A DNA stretch of 36,875 nt. Origin: Bdellovibrionota bacterium (lineage in GTDB: Bacteria > Bdellovibrionota > UBA1018 > UBA923). Below the pieces are notes generated by a model, which saw nothing but the letters and a program-made list of their open reading frames with translations, was not told where the DNA came from and searched no databases. Position numbers and translations under genes: made by a program. This document shows positions 10,469-20,051 of the stretch, piece by piece; the stretch's first letter is position 1; every line of letters begins with the position of its first letter. Where the stretch lies: the NCBI GenBank assembly GCA_040754655.1, contig JBFMCE010000036.1, forward strand, positions 1-36,875, read 5' to 3'.

Positions 10469-10764
10469 CTACCACCACTTCCCTGGTTTTTGCGATGTGT
10501 TTGTTTTTCATCGGGTTGTTTGGCGTGCTCGCGCGTCGAAACATCTTGATCATCATGATGTCCATTGAACTCATGCTCAATGCGGCTAACGTCGCTTTCG
10601 TGGCGTTCGCCAAGGACTTGCAAGATGCGGGCGGTCAGTTGGCGGTGTTTTTCATCATTACAGTGGCTGCGGCTGAGGCTGCGGTTGGTTTGGGTTTGTT
10701 GATCGCGCTCTTCCGCAACTTGAAGTCGGTGAGCACAGAAGACATTCAATTGCTTAAAGAATAG
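10465..10764 (+). CDS. nuoK: NADH-quinone oxidoreductase subunit K
   Basis: RRNILIIMMSIELMLNA, VAAAEAAVGL. Confidence 0.97.
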   Translation: MTTTTSLVFAMCLFFIGLFGVLARRNILIIMMSIELMLNAANVAFVAFAKDLQDAGGQLAVFFIITVAAAEAAVGLGLLIALFRNLKSVSTEDIQLLKE

Positions 10765-10796
10765 GCCGCCAGAATGCGGCACTGGGAGTAATCACT

Positions 10797-12800
10797 ATGT
10801 TGGGTTTGATCCTCGCTTTCCCCTTGATCGGGTTCCTGATTAACGGGATTTTTGGAAGCAAGTTGTCAGCCAAGACGGCTGGGATAATAGCGTCGAGCGC
10901 GATCTTCGGTTCATTCGTGCTTACGGCCGCTTCCTTCATTCAACTGAGCGGGCTTGACGAATCTAGCCGCGCCATCGAACAAACGCTCTTTCAATGGATC
11001 ACAGTCGATACTTTTTCTCTCCCCTTCCTGCTGCGATTTGATCCCCTGACCGCGATCATGTGTTCGGTCGTAACCGGCGTGGGTTTCTTGATTCATGTCT
11101 ATTCGATCGGGTACATGTCTCACGACCGCACTCCGCCGAAATTCTTCGCTTATCTGAATCTTTTCAGTTTTGCGATGTTGGCTTTGGTGCTTGGCGGAAA
11201 TTTACCCATACTCTTTCTTGGATGGGAAGGCGTCGGGTTGTGCTCGTATTTGCTGATCGGCTATTGGTACGAAGACAATGAAAAGGCTTCTGCCGGTAAA
11301 AAAGCATTCGTCGTAAACCGCATCGGCGACCTTGGCTTTCTTATTGGTATCTTCACCCTGTACGGGATGTTTGGAACTCTTGATTTCGCCCAGTTGAAAC
11401 AAGGTGTCGCGGCATCCGCGGGAAATCTTGACATCGGATTGCTGACCTTGGCGACCGCATGCTTGTTCGTCGGCGCAATGGGTAAATCCGCTCAGATTCC
11501 TCTCTATGTTTGGCTGCCCGACGCGATGGCAGGCCCTACGCCCGTAAGCGCGCTCATCCACGCGGCCACGATGGTGACCGCTGGCGTGTATATGATCGTG
11601 CGCTTGAACTTCATTTTCGTCCTGACCCCAGACACGATGATGCTAGTCAGCGGTATCGGAGCGCTTACGGCTTTGTTTGCAGCCACCATCGCGATCACTC
11701 AGCGCGACATCAAGAAGGTCTTGGCTTACTCTACGGTCAGTCAATTGGGTTACATGTTCGTGGCGGTGGGCGTAGGCGCTTTCGCCGCTGGCGTATTTCA
11801 TTTGGTGACCCATGCTTTTTTCAAAGCCCTGCTGTTCTTGGGTTCGGGGAGCGTCATTCACGGCATGCACGAAGAGCAAGACATCATGAAGATGGGCGGG
11901 CTGCGAAAGTACATGCCAAAGACGTTTGCGACTTTTGCGATCGGAACGTTAGCGATCGCCGGGTTTCCGCTGCTTTCAGGTTTTTTCAGCAAGGACGAGA
12001 TCTTATACAGCGCGTTTTCTTCTCATATGGGTCTAGCGGGCCCCGCGCTGTGGGCGGTCTGCACGGTGACGGCTCTATTGACAGCGTTCTATATGACAAG
12101 GCTGACTTGCGTCACCTTTTTTGGAGAGCCGCGTTTTAACCCGAAAACCTTGGGCTCTAATCCGGGTCATGCACATGCCTCGCATGCTCATGACGATCAT
12201 GATCATGGACACGGGCGCGGTCATGACGATGATCATGGCCACGGCCATGCAAAGCCCGGAGTTCATGAATCACCAAACGTGATGGTAATTCCGCTCATCG
12301 TGTTGGCTGTGCTTTCAATCATCGGCGGATTCATTGGTTTGCCAGGACACTCTTGGTTGGCGCACTGGCTTGGTCCCGTGGTTGGCGAGCATTCAGGCGA
12401 ACATGGGTCGATGGCTTATCTCATCATGGCGATTTCAGTCGTTGTGTCTTTCGTAGGGATGGGCGTTGGATATTTCTTTTACGTGAAGCGGCCCGAGGTT
12501 CCTAAGAAGGTTCAGCAAAACTTTGGTTTTGTTCACAAGGTTTTGTTCAATAAATATTACATCGATGAGTTGTATAACTTCACCATCGTTCAACCCTTGA
12601 AGAAAGTTGCGCAAGTCTGTTGGATGTACTTTGACGTGCTCGTTGTTGACGGAACTGTATTGGCTGTCGCTAGGCTATCGAAGTTCGCTGGTGAAGTGTC
12701 ACGCCTCATGCAGACGGGCGCGATTCAAGTGTATGCGGTGTTTATTCTTATCGGATTGTTAGCCACAGTGGGGTACCTGCTCTATGGAACTATTCACTAA
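10797..12800 (+). CDS. nuoL: NADH-quinone oxidoreductase subunit L
   Basis: GWEGVGLCSYLLIG, GKSAQIPLYVWLPDAMAGPTPVSALIHAATMV, HAFFKALLFL, GFFSKDEI. Confidence 0.97.
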   Translation: MLGLILAFPLIGFLINGIFGSKLSAKTAGIIASSAIFGSFVLTAASFIQLSGLDESSRAIEQTLFQWITVDTFSLPFLLRFDPLTAIMCSVVTGVGFLIHVYSIGYMSHDRTPPKFFAYLNLFSFAMLALVLGGNLPILFLGWEGVGLCSYLLIGYWYEDNEKASAGKKAFVVNRIGDLGFLIGIFTLYGMFGTLDFAQLKQGVAASAGNLDIGLLTLATACLFVGAMGKSAQIPLYVWLPDAMAGPTPVSALIHAATMVTAGVYMIVRLNFIFVLTPDTMMLVSGIGALTALFAATIAITQRDIKKVLAYSTVSQLGYMFVAVGVGAFAAGVFHLVTHAFFKALLFLGSGSVIHGMHEEQDIMKMGGLRKYMPKTFATFAIGTLAIAGFPLLSGFFSKDEILYSAFSSHMGLAGPALWAVCTVTALLTAFYMTRLTCVTFFGEPRFNPKTLGSNPGHAHASHAHDDHDHGHGRGHDDDHGHGHAKPGVHESPNVMVIPLIVLAVLSIIGGFIGLPGHSWLAHWLGPVVGEHSGEHGSMAYLIMAISVVVSFVGMGVGYFFYVKRPEVPKKVQQNFGFVHKVLFNKYYIDELYNFTIVQPLKKVAQVCWMYFDVLVVDGTVLAVARLSKFAGEVSRLMQTGAIQVYAVFILIGLLATVGYLLYGTIH

Positions 12801-14295
12801 TCATATCGTATCGTTGGTCGTATTCGGACCAGCCCTGCTTGCGCTTGGCTTGCTGTTCTTGCCTGACAAGACGCCGCAGCAAAAACACATCGTCAAGAGC
12901 GCAGCCCTCGGAATCTCGCTTCTTGTCTTCTTTATTTCGTGTTTTCTCTATGCTTGGTTCGATGCGAGTCAGCCGGGTTTTCAGTTCGTCGAAAATCGCG
13001 GTTGGATCGAAGCTTTCGGCATCTCTTATTCGCTGGGCGTCGATGGAATAAGCCTGGTGTTGATCTTGCTGACGACCTTCCTCACCCCGATCGCGCTTTT
13101 GGGTTCATGGAACGCGATAGAAGAAAAATTAAAGACTTATCTTTTCCTGATCTTAGTCCTTGAGACTGGAATGCTAGGCGCTTTCGTCGCCCTAGACATC
13201 ATCCTTTTCTATGTCTTCTGGGAAGCGATGCTCATCCCAATGTACTTGTTGATCGGGGTTTGGGGAGGCAAAGACCGGATTTATGCCTCGATGAAGTTCT
13301 TCGTTTACACATTGGTCGGCTCTCTTTTGATGCTTGTCGCGATCTTTTATTTGATGAGCATGCACAAGATGCAGCTTGGCAACTACTCGGCCGCTTTGCT
13401 CGATCTTTATCGGGTCAAGGTTCCGTTTGATGGATTGTGGAGCGCGCAGACGCTTCTTTTCCTCGCCTTTGCATTGGCGTTTGCGATCAAGGTGCCTTTG
13501 TTTCCCTTGCATACGTGGCTTCCCGACGCTCACGTTCAAGCTCCGACCGCGGGCTCGGTCATTCTCGCGGGAGTGCTCTTGAAGCTTGGGGGCTATGGAT
13601 TCATTCGGTTTGCCTTCCCGCTTTTTCCTCAGGCAATGCAATTTGTCGCCCCAGTCTTCATGTGCCTAGGCGTAGTTGCCATCGTGTATGGCGCATGGGT
13701 GGCCATGGTTCAACCGGATATCAAGAAGCTTGTGGCGTATTCTTCGGTGAGCCATATGGGGTTTGTGATTTTAGGCTTGTTTTCCCTGAACTCACTGGCT
13801 GTGAGCGGTTCCGTATATCAAATGCTCAACCACGGGATCTCGACCGGCGGTTTGTTCTTGATCGTTGGAATGCTTTACGAGCGTCGCCATACGCGTGAGA
13901 TCGAAGAGTTTGGCGGAATCACGCGGATCATGCCGATTTTCGCGGTGATTTTCATGATCGTGACGCTTTCAAGCATCGCATTGCCAGGCACCAATGGTTT
14001 TGTCGGTGAGTTCTTGATTTTGATGGGCGCTTACCAGACCAACAAGGTGCTGGCTGTTGTAGCTGGCACGGGCGTCATTTTCGGCGCGGTTTACATGCTT
14101 TGGATGTTCCAACGCGTGATGTTCGGGCCGGTAAAGAATAACGAGAACAAGCATCTCAAAGATCTCTCACTGAGAGAGATCTGCGTCATGGCGCCCATTA
14201 TCGCGGCCATCTTCATCATGGGAATTTTTCCCAACATTTTCTTGTCGAAGATGGATGCCTCGATCAAGGCGTTCTTGAGCCAAGTGAAAGTTTAA
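12784..14295 (+). CDS. nuoM: NADH-quinone oxidoreductase subunit M
   Basis: FYVFWEAMLIPM, AFAIKVPLFPLHTWLPDAH, LLKLGGYG, PGTNGFVGEF. Confidence 0.97.
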   Translation: MELFTNHIVSLVVFGPALLALGLLFLPDKTPQQKHIVKSAALGISLLVFFISCFLYAWFDASQPGFQFVENRGWIEAFGISYSLGVDGISLVLILLTTFLTPIALLGSWNAIEEKLKTYLFLILVLETGMLGAFVALDIILFYVFWEAMLIPMYLLIGVWGGKDRIYASMKFFVYTLVGSLLMLVAIFYLMSMHKMQLGNYSAALLDLYRVKVPFDGLWSAQTLLFLAFALAFAIKVPLFPLHTWLPDAHVQAPTAGSVILAGVLLKLGGYGFIRFAFPLFPQAMQFVAPVFMCLGVVAIVYGAWVAMVQPDIKKLVAYSSVSHMGFVILGLFSLNSLAVSGSVYQMLNHGISTGGLFLIVGMLYERRHTREIEEFGGITRIMPIFAVIFMIVTLSSIALPGTNGFVGEFLILMGAYQTNKVLAVVAGTGVIFGAVYMLWMFQRVMFGPVKNNENKHLKDLSLREICVMAPIIAAIFIMGIFPNIFLSKMDASIKAFLSQVKV

Positions 14296-14318
14296 TGGTT
14301 TCTCGGAAGGAATAAACG

Positions 14319-15812
14319 ATGGATCAGTTGATCAAACCCCAGAATTTGACTTTGAGCCGCGAACAGCTGGCGATGATGATGCCCTATTTGATCTTGGCGG
14401 TCGGGGCGATGGCTACTTTGCTGGTTGGCGTGATGAAGAGCGTGCGTAGCAACCTGGTCGTTGCGGGTTTGAGCTTGATCACGGTCGCTGCGGCGATTTT
14501 ATCGGTGGTTTCGGTTTGGGGCGAACCAAGCATGACGCTCTTCAACGGGATGCTTGCGGCCGATGCCTACTCGAATTTGTTCAATGTGCTCTTGTTGGGC
14601 ACGACCGGTTTGGTTCTGCTTTCTTCTTATTCCTACCTTGAAAAAGAAGGCATCCATTACGCGGAATACTATAGCTTGGGCCTGTTTTCATGCTTGGGCA
14701 TGATGCTTCTCGCGTCTTCGCTGGATCTGGTGGTTTTGTTCATCGCCCTTGAGACGATGTCGATCGGCGTTTACGTGCTCGTTGGTTTTAGGCGGGCGGA
14801 TGTGCGTTCGAATGAAGCGGCTTTGAAGTACTTTGTCTTAGGCAGCGCGGCGTCGGCGATCATGCTCTTTGGCATTGCCCTGATGTACGGCGCGACAGGT
14901 ACCATGAACATTCATCAAATCATCACTCTCGTGACAAGTGCGGCTGGAATCGAAAACACCCTCTTTTTACTGGGAACGACTCTCGTGATCGCGGGTTTCT
15001 TGTTCAAAGTCGCCACGGTGCCCTTTCACATGTGGATGCCCGATGTCTATGAAGGCGCTCCGACCAGCGTTACGAACTTCATGACGACGGCGCTTAAGGC
15101 AGCGGCTTTCGCTTCGTTCATGCGTGTCTTCATGAGCCTGGGATTTGCACAGGGACTGACCTCGAAGTTGAATATGGGCATTCATGATGTGCTTTGGGTC
15201 ATCGCCGTGGCCACCATGTTCTTGGGCAATGTCATTGCCCTCACCCAGCAGAACATCAAGCGGATGCTTGCTTACTCTTCCATCGCCCACAGTGGATACA
15301 TCATCGTGGGTTTTTTGGCAGGCGGGCGGTCAGAGTACGGGTTCACCTCAGTCGTGGTCTACTTGATCGCTTATGTGGTCATGAACCTCGGCGCTTTCGC
15401 GATTGTTTCACTTTTGGGTGAACGCGGCGATCGCAACACCGATGTTCAAGATTACGCTGGTCTTGGTTTTAAGAATCCGGCTTTGGGTTTTGCCATGGCG
15501 GTTTTCATGTTCTCGATGGCCGGCATTCCTCCGACTTTGGGTTTTGCGGGCAAATACCTCATCTTCAGTTCGGCCGTTCAAGCAGGAGAAATCACTCTCG
15601 CAGTACTTGCCGTGCTTTGCAGCGCAATTTCCGCGTACTATTACCTTCGAGTCATCGTGTACATGTACATGAAAGAGCCTATGCGAGAGAGAAAGGTCGA
15701 GTACGCCTATTCGACTTCCTTAGTGATCTTGGCCGCGACGATCGCGACGTTGCAGTTTGGGATTTTCCCATCCGCGCTCATCGAAGCCGCCAAGAAGGCG
15801 GCGACTCTTTGA
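14319..15812 (+). CDS. nuoN: NADH-quinone oxidoreductase subunit N
   Basis: FIALETMS, EAALKYF, FKVATVPFHMWMPDVYEGAP, TALKAA, GIPPTLGFAGK. Confidence 0.97.
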   Translation: MDQLIKPQNLTLSREQLAMMMPYLILAVGAMATLLVGVMKSVRSNLVVAGLSLITVAAAILSVVSVWGEPSMTLFNGMLAADAYSNLFNVLLLGTTGLVLLSSYSYLEKEGIHYAEYYSLGLFSCLGMMLLASSLDLVVLFIALETMSIGVYVLVGFRRADVRSNEAALKYFVLGSAASAIMLFGIALMYGATGTMNIHQIITLVTSAAGIENTLFLLGTTLVIAGFLFKVATVPFHMWMPDVYEGAPTSVTNFMTTALKAAAFASFMRVFMSLGFAQGLTSKLNMGIHDVLWVIAVATMFLGNVIALTQQNIKRMLAYSSIAHSGYIIVGFLAGGRSEYGFTSVVVYLIAYVVMNLGAFAIVSLLGERGDRNTDVQDYAGLGFKNPALGFAMAVFMFSMAGIPPTLGFAGKYLIFSSAVQAGEITLAVLAVLCSAISAYYYLRVIVYMYMKEPMRERKVEYAYSTSLVILAATIATLQFGIFPSALIEAAKKAATL

Positions 15813-15830
15813 GGCATTCCTAATTGAATC

Positions 15831-15858
15831 TTGACTTGACCAAGTGAGACCTTAATAT
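15831..15858 (+). promoter_or_regulatory. Candidate sigma70 promoter TTGACT-N16-TAATAT
   Basis: Near-consensus hexamers ending 8 bp before GTG 15867, with no SD; would imply an almost leaderless mRNA. Confidence 0.45.
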
Positions 15859-15866
15859 AGGCCTTA

Positions 15867-16952
15867 GTGGGCAAGGGGATCTACGACGAAGAGTTGTATT
15901 TATTTTTCCGCAGAAGCTGTCTGAGCTTGCAGCGGCAGTTCGTCGAGAGGCTCGATGTCTCGCGGATGCCGCGAGTCTTCCTCCACGGCAATCCACATGT
16001 GGATAATTTCGCGAAAACGGAATTTGGCGAGGCCATGATCGACTTTGATCGTTCGCGCCACGGTCCGTACGCTTGGGATCTGGTGAGGTTCATGAGCTCG
16101 CTCGCGCTAAGGCAAGCAGAACCGGATTCAAAGTTTCTTCATAAAAATGTTGTGAGCGCGTTGTCAGAAGGATACCAGGAAGGTTTCGAAAAACCTGATT
16201 CAGTTTCAAAGGCGGCGCCCGAGCTTCTCTCTCACGAAAGGCCAGCGCCCCATGAGACTTCGATGCGCGCTTATCTTGCCGCAAACCACCGTTGGGCGAA
16301 GAAGATGCGCAAGAACCCGATTTTCACCTCGCACCCCACTGTAAGGTCGTTGATTCAACTTTACTTCCGAGGGCGAAATGAACCTGATTTTGAATCGCGA
16401 TTCACGATCGAAGAAGCAGGCATTGCGTCAGGCACCCTGGGAAAACCGCGTGTTCTAGTGGTGCTTGCTCCGAAAGACCTGAAATCCGACAAGATCCTGC
16501 TTGATATCAAAGAAGTCTACGAGGATCCTGATACTGAATACTTCTTCAATCCTTACGTGCATCATGGCCTTCGCATGATCGAGGCTTCTTATCTTCACGC
16601 CCCTGGATTTGAGCAACGATTGGGATTTTTGACGTGGCGTGACCGTCAATACTGGGCGCGCAGGGTTCCGTGCTTCAAAGCGAAGCTTAAAGGCGCCTTG
16701 CCCCCCTCGAAACAAAGGGATTTGGCCTTATCCGTAGGGTTGCAACTAGGGCGCGCCCATCGCAGATCTTTGCGAGAAACCAAACCCAAGGAACTCTTGC
16801 GCCATCTTAAAGATTCTCTCGCCGATTTCTTGTCTGCCAGCAAGAAGCTCAACAAAGAACTTATTCAAAGCTGGAATCAACAAAGAGAGCTCGACAAGAA
16901 ATCCAAATCCTCAAAGCAAGAATCCCATCGAGAAATGCCGTTATCGCGATGA
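15867..16952 (+). CDS. DUF2252-family protein (protein-kinase-like/APH fold)
   Basis: LHGNPHVDNF, IDFDRS..GPYAWDLVRF, GTLGKPR, LLDIKE, LGRAH match the DUF2252 motif order; start uncertain. Confidence 0.75.
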   Translation: MGKGIYDEELYLFFRRSCLSLQRQFVERLDVSRMPRVFLHGNPHVDNFAKTEFGEAMIDFDRSRHGPYAWDLVRFMSSLALRQAEPDSKFLHKNVVSALSEGYQEGFEKPDSVSKAAPELLSHERPAPHETSMRAYLAANHRWAKKMRKNPIFTSHPTVRSLIQLYFRGRNEPDFESRFTIEEAGIASGTLGKPRVLVVLAPKDLKSDKILLDIKEVYEDPDTEYFFNPYVHHGLRMIEASYLHAPGFEQRLGFLTWRDRQYWARRVPCFKAKLKGALPPSKQRDLALSVGLQLGRAHRRSLRETKPKELLRHLKDSLADFLSASKKLNKELIQSWNQQRELDKKSKSSKQESHREMPLSR

Positions 16953-17695
16953 CGACGATGAGTTCCGAAATTCTTCTCTTTTTCACCTCGACGGCGACGT
17001 CAGCGGTATCGGCGACGTTGGGAATGGCGGGGGGCCTTATTTTGCTCAGCGTGCTCACGATGCTCGTGGGCACTCGCGATGCTATTCCCCTTCATGGATT
17101 CGCTCAGTTTTGCAGCAATGGCGGGCGGCTATTTTACCTCTGGCGTCATATCGAGTGGAAGATCGCCGCGCGGTTTTCGCTCTTGGTGATTCCCGGCGGG
17201 TTCTTGGGCATAAAGACCGCGAATGTTCTGAACGTCAATGGCGTGCAGCTCATTGTGGCGGTCGTGATCTTGTGGTTCATTCATGGACCGCGGCTCAAGG
17301 CGGTCCGTACGCCTAAACCTAATTTTTTCATATGGCTGGGGTTCATCTCGAGCTTCGCGGGCATGATCGCGGGCGCCACCGGGCCGATGATCATCCCCTT
17401 TTTCATGAATTTGGGGTTAGAAAAGAAAAAACTCATCGGAACAAAGGCTTTTTGCCAGAGCCTGATCCATTTCATAAAAATCCCGGCGTTTGTTTTCTTC
17501 GGCAATTTCAACTTCGCCGCGAACAGCCGTCTTCTTGCGCTGTTCGCAGTGTCGTCATTCTTAGGCGCTTGGATAGGCACCAAGATCATCGATCGCATGT
17601 CGGTGAATCTTTATGAGAAGATCATCAAGTGGACCGTCACCTTGATGGCGCTCAGGATGGTAAGCCAAGCCGGTTGGGCGTTGCTCCACCATTGA
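16949..17695 (+). CDS. TauE/SafE (TSUP) family membrane exporter
   Basis: 248 aa, about 8 hydrophobic segments; GMAGGLI and GATGP repeats typical of TSUP; ATGA overlap with the upstream gene. Confidence 0.82.
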   Translation: MTTMSSEILLFFTSTATSAVSATLGMAGGLILLSVLTMLVGTRDAIPLHGFAQFCSNGGRLFYLWRHIEWKIAARFSLLVIPGGFLGIKTANVLNVNGVQLIVAVVILWFIHGPRLKAVRTPKPNFFIWLGFISSFAGMIAGATGPMIIPFFMNLGLEKKKLIGTKAFCQSLIHFIKIPAFVFFGNFNFAANSRLLALFAVSSFLGAWIGTKIIDRMSVNLYEKIIKWTVTLMALRMVSQAGWALLHH

Positions 17696-19808
17696 TGCTC
17701 ACGATCGTATTGAGATGCGCGCTTCTGTAGAGACGCGTGAGTCGCTCATGAATGCCCAGGTTCTCAGAATCGTTCGTTGGTTTTCGTTGTCGGTAAGTTC
17801 CATCCGAAAGCAAGTCCCAGGTCTGTCGTTTATCCGAGAGCAAAAGTTGCAAGAACTCCCAGAGTTGGCCTTTTAAATTCGGGTCTTCGACGGGAGCGAT
17901 GGCTTCCACCCGGCCTTGCAAGTTTCTTTGCATCCAGTCGGCCGACCCAATGAGGAAAGTCCCGTCGCTGTATTTTGAATGGCCATGTTGGAAGAAGAAA
18001 ATCCGCGAGTGCTCGAGGAAACGGCCGATCACTGAGATGACTCGGATGTTTTCGCTAAGGCCCCGCACGCCTGCGCGTAAGCAGCAAAAGCCTCGCACGA
18101 TCAGATCGATTTGCACCTTGGCTTGCGACGCGCGATAAAGCTCTTCGATGATTTCTCGGTCTTCAAGACCATTCATTTTGGCGATGATCCTGGCGGGCTT
18201 GCCTTTGGCTGCCTGAGCAGCCTCATATCGAATGAGCTCAATGAACTTCTGTTTCATTTGAATGGGCGCCACGATCAATTGGTTGTAGTTTCGATTGAGA
18301 GACCTGCCCGTGAGGTAATGGAAGAGGTTCACAAGATCCGCGGTGAACTCGGGCTTGGTCGTGAATAGACCGAAGTCGGTGTATATCTTCGAGGTGGTCG
18401 CGTTATAGTTCCCTGTACCGACGTGAGCGTAACTTCGAACCTCATCTCCTTCCTGGCGAACGACGAGAGTGACCTTGCAGTGGGTCTTGAATCCTACGAT
18501 CCCATAGACCACGTGCACCCCGGCCTTTTCAAGCGACCTTGCCACCTGAATATTCTGTTCTTCATCGAACCGGGCTTTGAGTTCGACAAGGCATACGACT
18601 TGTTTGCCTGATTCAGCCGCCTGAATGAGAAGCGGGATGAAAGGGCTGTCGGCGCCTGTTCGGTAAAGAACCATTTTGATCGCCAGCACCTTCGGATCAG
18701 CCGCTGCTTGCGCAACGAAGCGTTCGACGCTCTGTTTGAAGCTTTCATAAGGATGATGGACAAGCAGGTCTTGCGACCGAATGACGTCAAAGATCGAGGT
18801 TTCATCGTCGATGAGCGAATTGGAGACCACTGGAACCCAAGGACGAAACTTGAGGTCGCGGTGGGGAATCTCCCAGATCGGGCTCAGCGTCGAGAAGTCG
18901 ATGTTTGCGCGATGTTCATAAACGTCGTTGTCAGAGAGTTGCAGCTCCCTTTTCAAAAATGAAACAAGATTTTGGCTTTTGCATGCTCCATATTCAAGGC
19001 GCACGACATTCGCGAACTTCCTCTCGCGCAATTCCTTGGCCATCATCTCAAGCAGGTCTTCGGCGTCTTCTTCGTCACGGTCGATATCGGCGTTTCGTGT
19101 GATGCGAAATTGAAGGGTGTCTAAGATCTCCATGCCCGGAAAAAGCCGGCCCAAGAATCGTTTGATGAGTTCAGACATGTGAACAAACCGAAATTCGTTT
19201 CTAGAGGAAGGCTCTGATTTCAGGCGTATCCACGCCGGATAGCTGCTGGGAATTTTGATGCGGGCGAAGAGATCTTCATTGCCGCGAAGATTTACCGGTC
19301 CCAGGTCTTGCTGGGGTTGCCTTAATATGACGCCTAAAGATGAAGACAGGTTTGAGAGGAATGGAAAGGGATGCCCGGGATCGACGGCAAGAGGAGTGAG
19401 AACCGGAAAGAGTTTCTTATCAAAATAGCTCTCAAGATATTCTTGATCTTCAGTTCGAAGGTCCGACCAGTCGAGTAGAAGTATCCCCTGCTTCTCAAGC
19501 GCCGGCGAGATCTCGGTCGCCCAAGACTGTTCTTGGGCTTCAAGCATGGGCAAAAGGACCTGGCGAATCTCGTTCAGGATATCTGTAGGAGCCGGACGCA
19601 AACGATCAAGGCCTTCGATGCCGAAAGCTTGTTGGCGTTTGAAACCGCCAACCCTCTTCATGAAAAACTCATCGAGGTTCGTCGTGAAAATTTGAGTGAA
19701 CTTCACCCTTTCTAGAAGAGGGTTTCTTTCATCAAGGGCCTCGTTCAAGACTCTTTCATTAAAACGAAGCCAGCTGATTTCTCGGTTGTAATACCTGTCA
19801 GAGACCAT
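17652..19808 (-). CDS. ppk1: Polyphosphate kinase 1
   Basis: NREISWLRFNERVL, NLDEFFM, HPFPFLSNLS, HHPYESF, VELKARFDEE, KTHCK (phospho-His), GRFLEHSRI, GSADWM. Confidence 0.97.
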   Translation of the reverse strand: MVSDRYYNREISWLRFNERVLNEALDERNPLLERVKFTQIFTTNLDEFFMKRVGGFKRQQAFGIEGLDRLRPAPTDILNEIRQVLLPMLEAQEQSWATEISPALEKQGILLLDWSDLRTEDQEYLESYFDKKLFPVLTPLAVDPGHPFPFLSNLSSSLGVILRQPQQDLGPVNLRGNEDLFARIKIPSSYPAWIRLKSEPSSRNEFRFVHMSELIKRFLGRLFPGMEILDTLQFRITRNADIDRDEEDAEDLLEMMAKELRERKFANVVRLEYGACKSQNLVSFLKRELQLSDNDVYEHRANIDFSTLSPIWEIPHRDLKFRPWVPVVSNSLIDDETSIFDVIRSQDLLVHHPYESFKQSVERFVAQAAADPKVLAIKMVLYRTGADSPFIPLLIQAAESGKQVVCLVELKARFDEEQNIQVARSLEKAGVHVVYGIVGFKTHCKVTLVVRQEGDEVRSYAHVGTGNYNATTSKIYTDFGLFTTKPEFTADLVNLFHYLTGRSLNRNYNQLIVAPIQMKQKFIELIRYEAAQAAKGKPARIIAKMNGLEDREIIEELYRASQAKVQIDLIVRGFCCLRAGVRGLSENIRVISVIGRFLEHSRIFFFQHGHSKYSDGTFLIGSADWMQRNLQGRVEAIAPVEDPNLKGQLWEFLQLLLSDKRQTWDLLSDGTYRQRKPTNDSENLGIHERLTRLYRSAHLNTIVSINGGATPNRLGLPS

Positions 19809-20051
19809 TCAATTCCACCAACCTTTTGAAGGTATAGAGATATCAAATGTTCCCGTGATTCACAAAAGCAGAGAAAGACGCGATGGGTCTAGGGCCTGTG
19901 TTTTATTGCGCCGCATAAACATAAACTGTTCAGTAAGCAGTAGCTGGCTTAACAGAACCCCCCTTCCCATGTTTGACGATCAGATCGAGATGCAGATAAG
20001 CCTTTTGACGATCTTCCTTGAACGAAACGAACGTACTGAACAGGAGAAAAA

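Noticed and set aside
15786..15812. GCCGCC-AAGAA-GGCGGC hairpin as the nuo operon terminator
   Set aside because: It lies inside the nuoN coding sequence (AAKKAA codons) and has only a weak U-tract.
163..15823. Many alternative-frame and antisense ORFs within nuo genes (e.g. 391..930, 11510..12139, 13437..13898)
   Set aside because: Fully nested in well-conserved genes, with no RBS or motifs; expected shadow ORFs.
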